This document shows, one piece after another, positions 62,987-64,000 of a DNA stretch of 64,000 bases. The stretch is from Macrostomum lignano (lineage: Eukaryota), in assembly GCA_002269645.1 (NCBI GenBank), contig NIVC01001253.1:1-64000 (forward strand). The letters run 5' to 3'. The notes beneath the pieces were generated by a model that worked only from the letters and a program-made list of their open reading frames with translations, did not search any database and had not been told where the DNA came from. The first letter of the stretch is position 1. Each line of letters opens with the position of its first letter. The translations under genes were made by a program, and so were the position numbers.

Positions 62987-62994
62987 TTGTTAAT

Positions 62995-63696
62995 ACCAAG
63001 GACGACTTAAGTAGAAGGACGGGAAACCTCGTTTCTTAGAAAAGTTTTGAAGGCACTTTTTCCCGAAAAAATACACTACGGAGATAGGAAGTTTTCATTT
63101 TTTCAGCACAAAAATTGTTATTGCGTTTGATAGGAGGCAGATCCAGTGTTCATCTTTTGATATGTTGTGCCTTTTTTATTGCTCTATCGATATTTATAAA
63201 GCTTTTCGTTCAGAAAATTAGGATTCTATGTTAATTTTTTATTCTACGTATATTTCCTGTATCTAAAAATCACAAAAATGCATGACACAGCTCCAATATT
63301 TGGTTTTATGAACCTATTTTATCATCTCTGTTACGAATATTTGCTACACAGTCGGATAAGAATGATAAAATAGACTAATGAAACCAAAGAGCCGAGCCGT
63401 GGCATTCTAATGTATTTCAAGCACAAGACACGCGAAAATATACGTAGAATAAAAAATTAACATAGAATCCTAATTTTCTGAACGAAAAGCTTTATAAATA
63501 TCGATAGAGCAATAAAAAAGGCACAACATATCAAAAGATGAACACTGGATCTGCCTCCTATCAAACGCAATAACAATTTTTGTGCTGGAAAAATGAAAAC
63601 TTCCTATCTCCGTAGTGTATTTTTTCGGGAAAAAGTGCCTTCAAAACTTTTCTAAGAAACGAGGTTTCCCGTCCTTCTACTTAAGTCGTCCTTGGT
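62995..63696. mobile_element. 702 bp MITE/foldback element with ~261 bp near-perfect TIRs and a TAAT TSD
   Basis: 62995-63255 is the reverse complement of 63436-63696 (about 1 mismatch seen). TAAT occurs at 62991-62994 and 63697-63700. Confidence 0.88.
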
Positions 63697-64000
63697 TAAT
63701 ACGCGTTGACCTTAAAAGTATTAGTTCGCGGGTCAGCCCTTGGGGGGCTCTGCCACAATATATATATATATATATATTTATATATTTTTTAAAATGAGCC
63801 TTGTTTGAAATATTGCGAAATAGTAGTTTTGAAAAAGATTTTGAAAAAAGTGTTAAACATTAAGAATAAATATAAAAAAGTCGCCATTGGCGGTAAGCAC
63901 TAATTAAGTCAAGTTGAAGCCCGCACGCGTACTGTAAGAAAATGTACTGTGACGTTTTAAAGTTGCTGTCTCTGAAATAACGATGAAGTCAACGACGGCG

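Overview
Eukaryotic (invertebrate animal) genomic DNA with spliced genes and dense repeats; there are no prokaryotic features. The style of the RT relics suggests a free-living flatworm such as Macrostomum, but that is my recollection and is unverified. 1-3.2 kb: two minus-strand Nup107 exons beside a satellite. 5.6-8.4 kb: a decayed ZMYM1/PRKRIR-type hAT transposase. 17.3-20.5 kb: an intact 3-exon peroxisomal acyl-CoA thioesterase (ACOT/BAAT family, C-terminal ARL). 20-62 kb: a tandem triplication of a ~10.5 kb unit (ACOT last exon, CT/GA-rich MITEs, an intronless zinc-finger/coiled-coil/NHL-propeller gene, RT relic). Copies 1 and 2 are near-identical. Copy 3 is more diverged and carries private insertions: a 1.2 kb element with a 10 bp TSD, a 904 bp solo LTR, and a ~10 kb CMC/EnSpm-type DNA transposon whose insertion site is empty in the other two copies. 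Best novelty candidates: (i) that transposon, which carries a passenger ORF with an OTU-deubiquitinase-like layout; (ii) orphan ACOT last exons with synonymous-biased changes, one of which has lost the PTS1; (iii) clustered diversification of the NHL paralogs; (iv) a CpG plus CAG>TAG decay signature in old TE relics. All identities and counts were made by eye.
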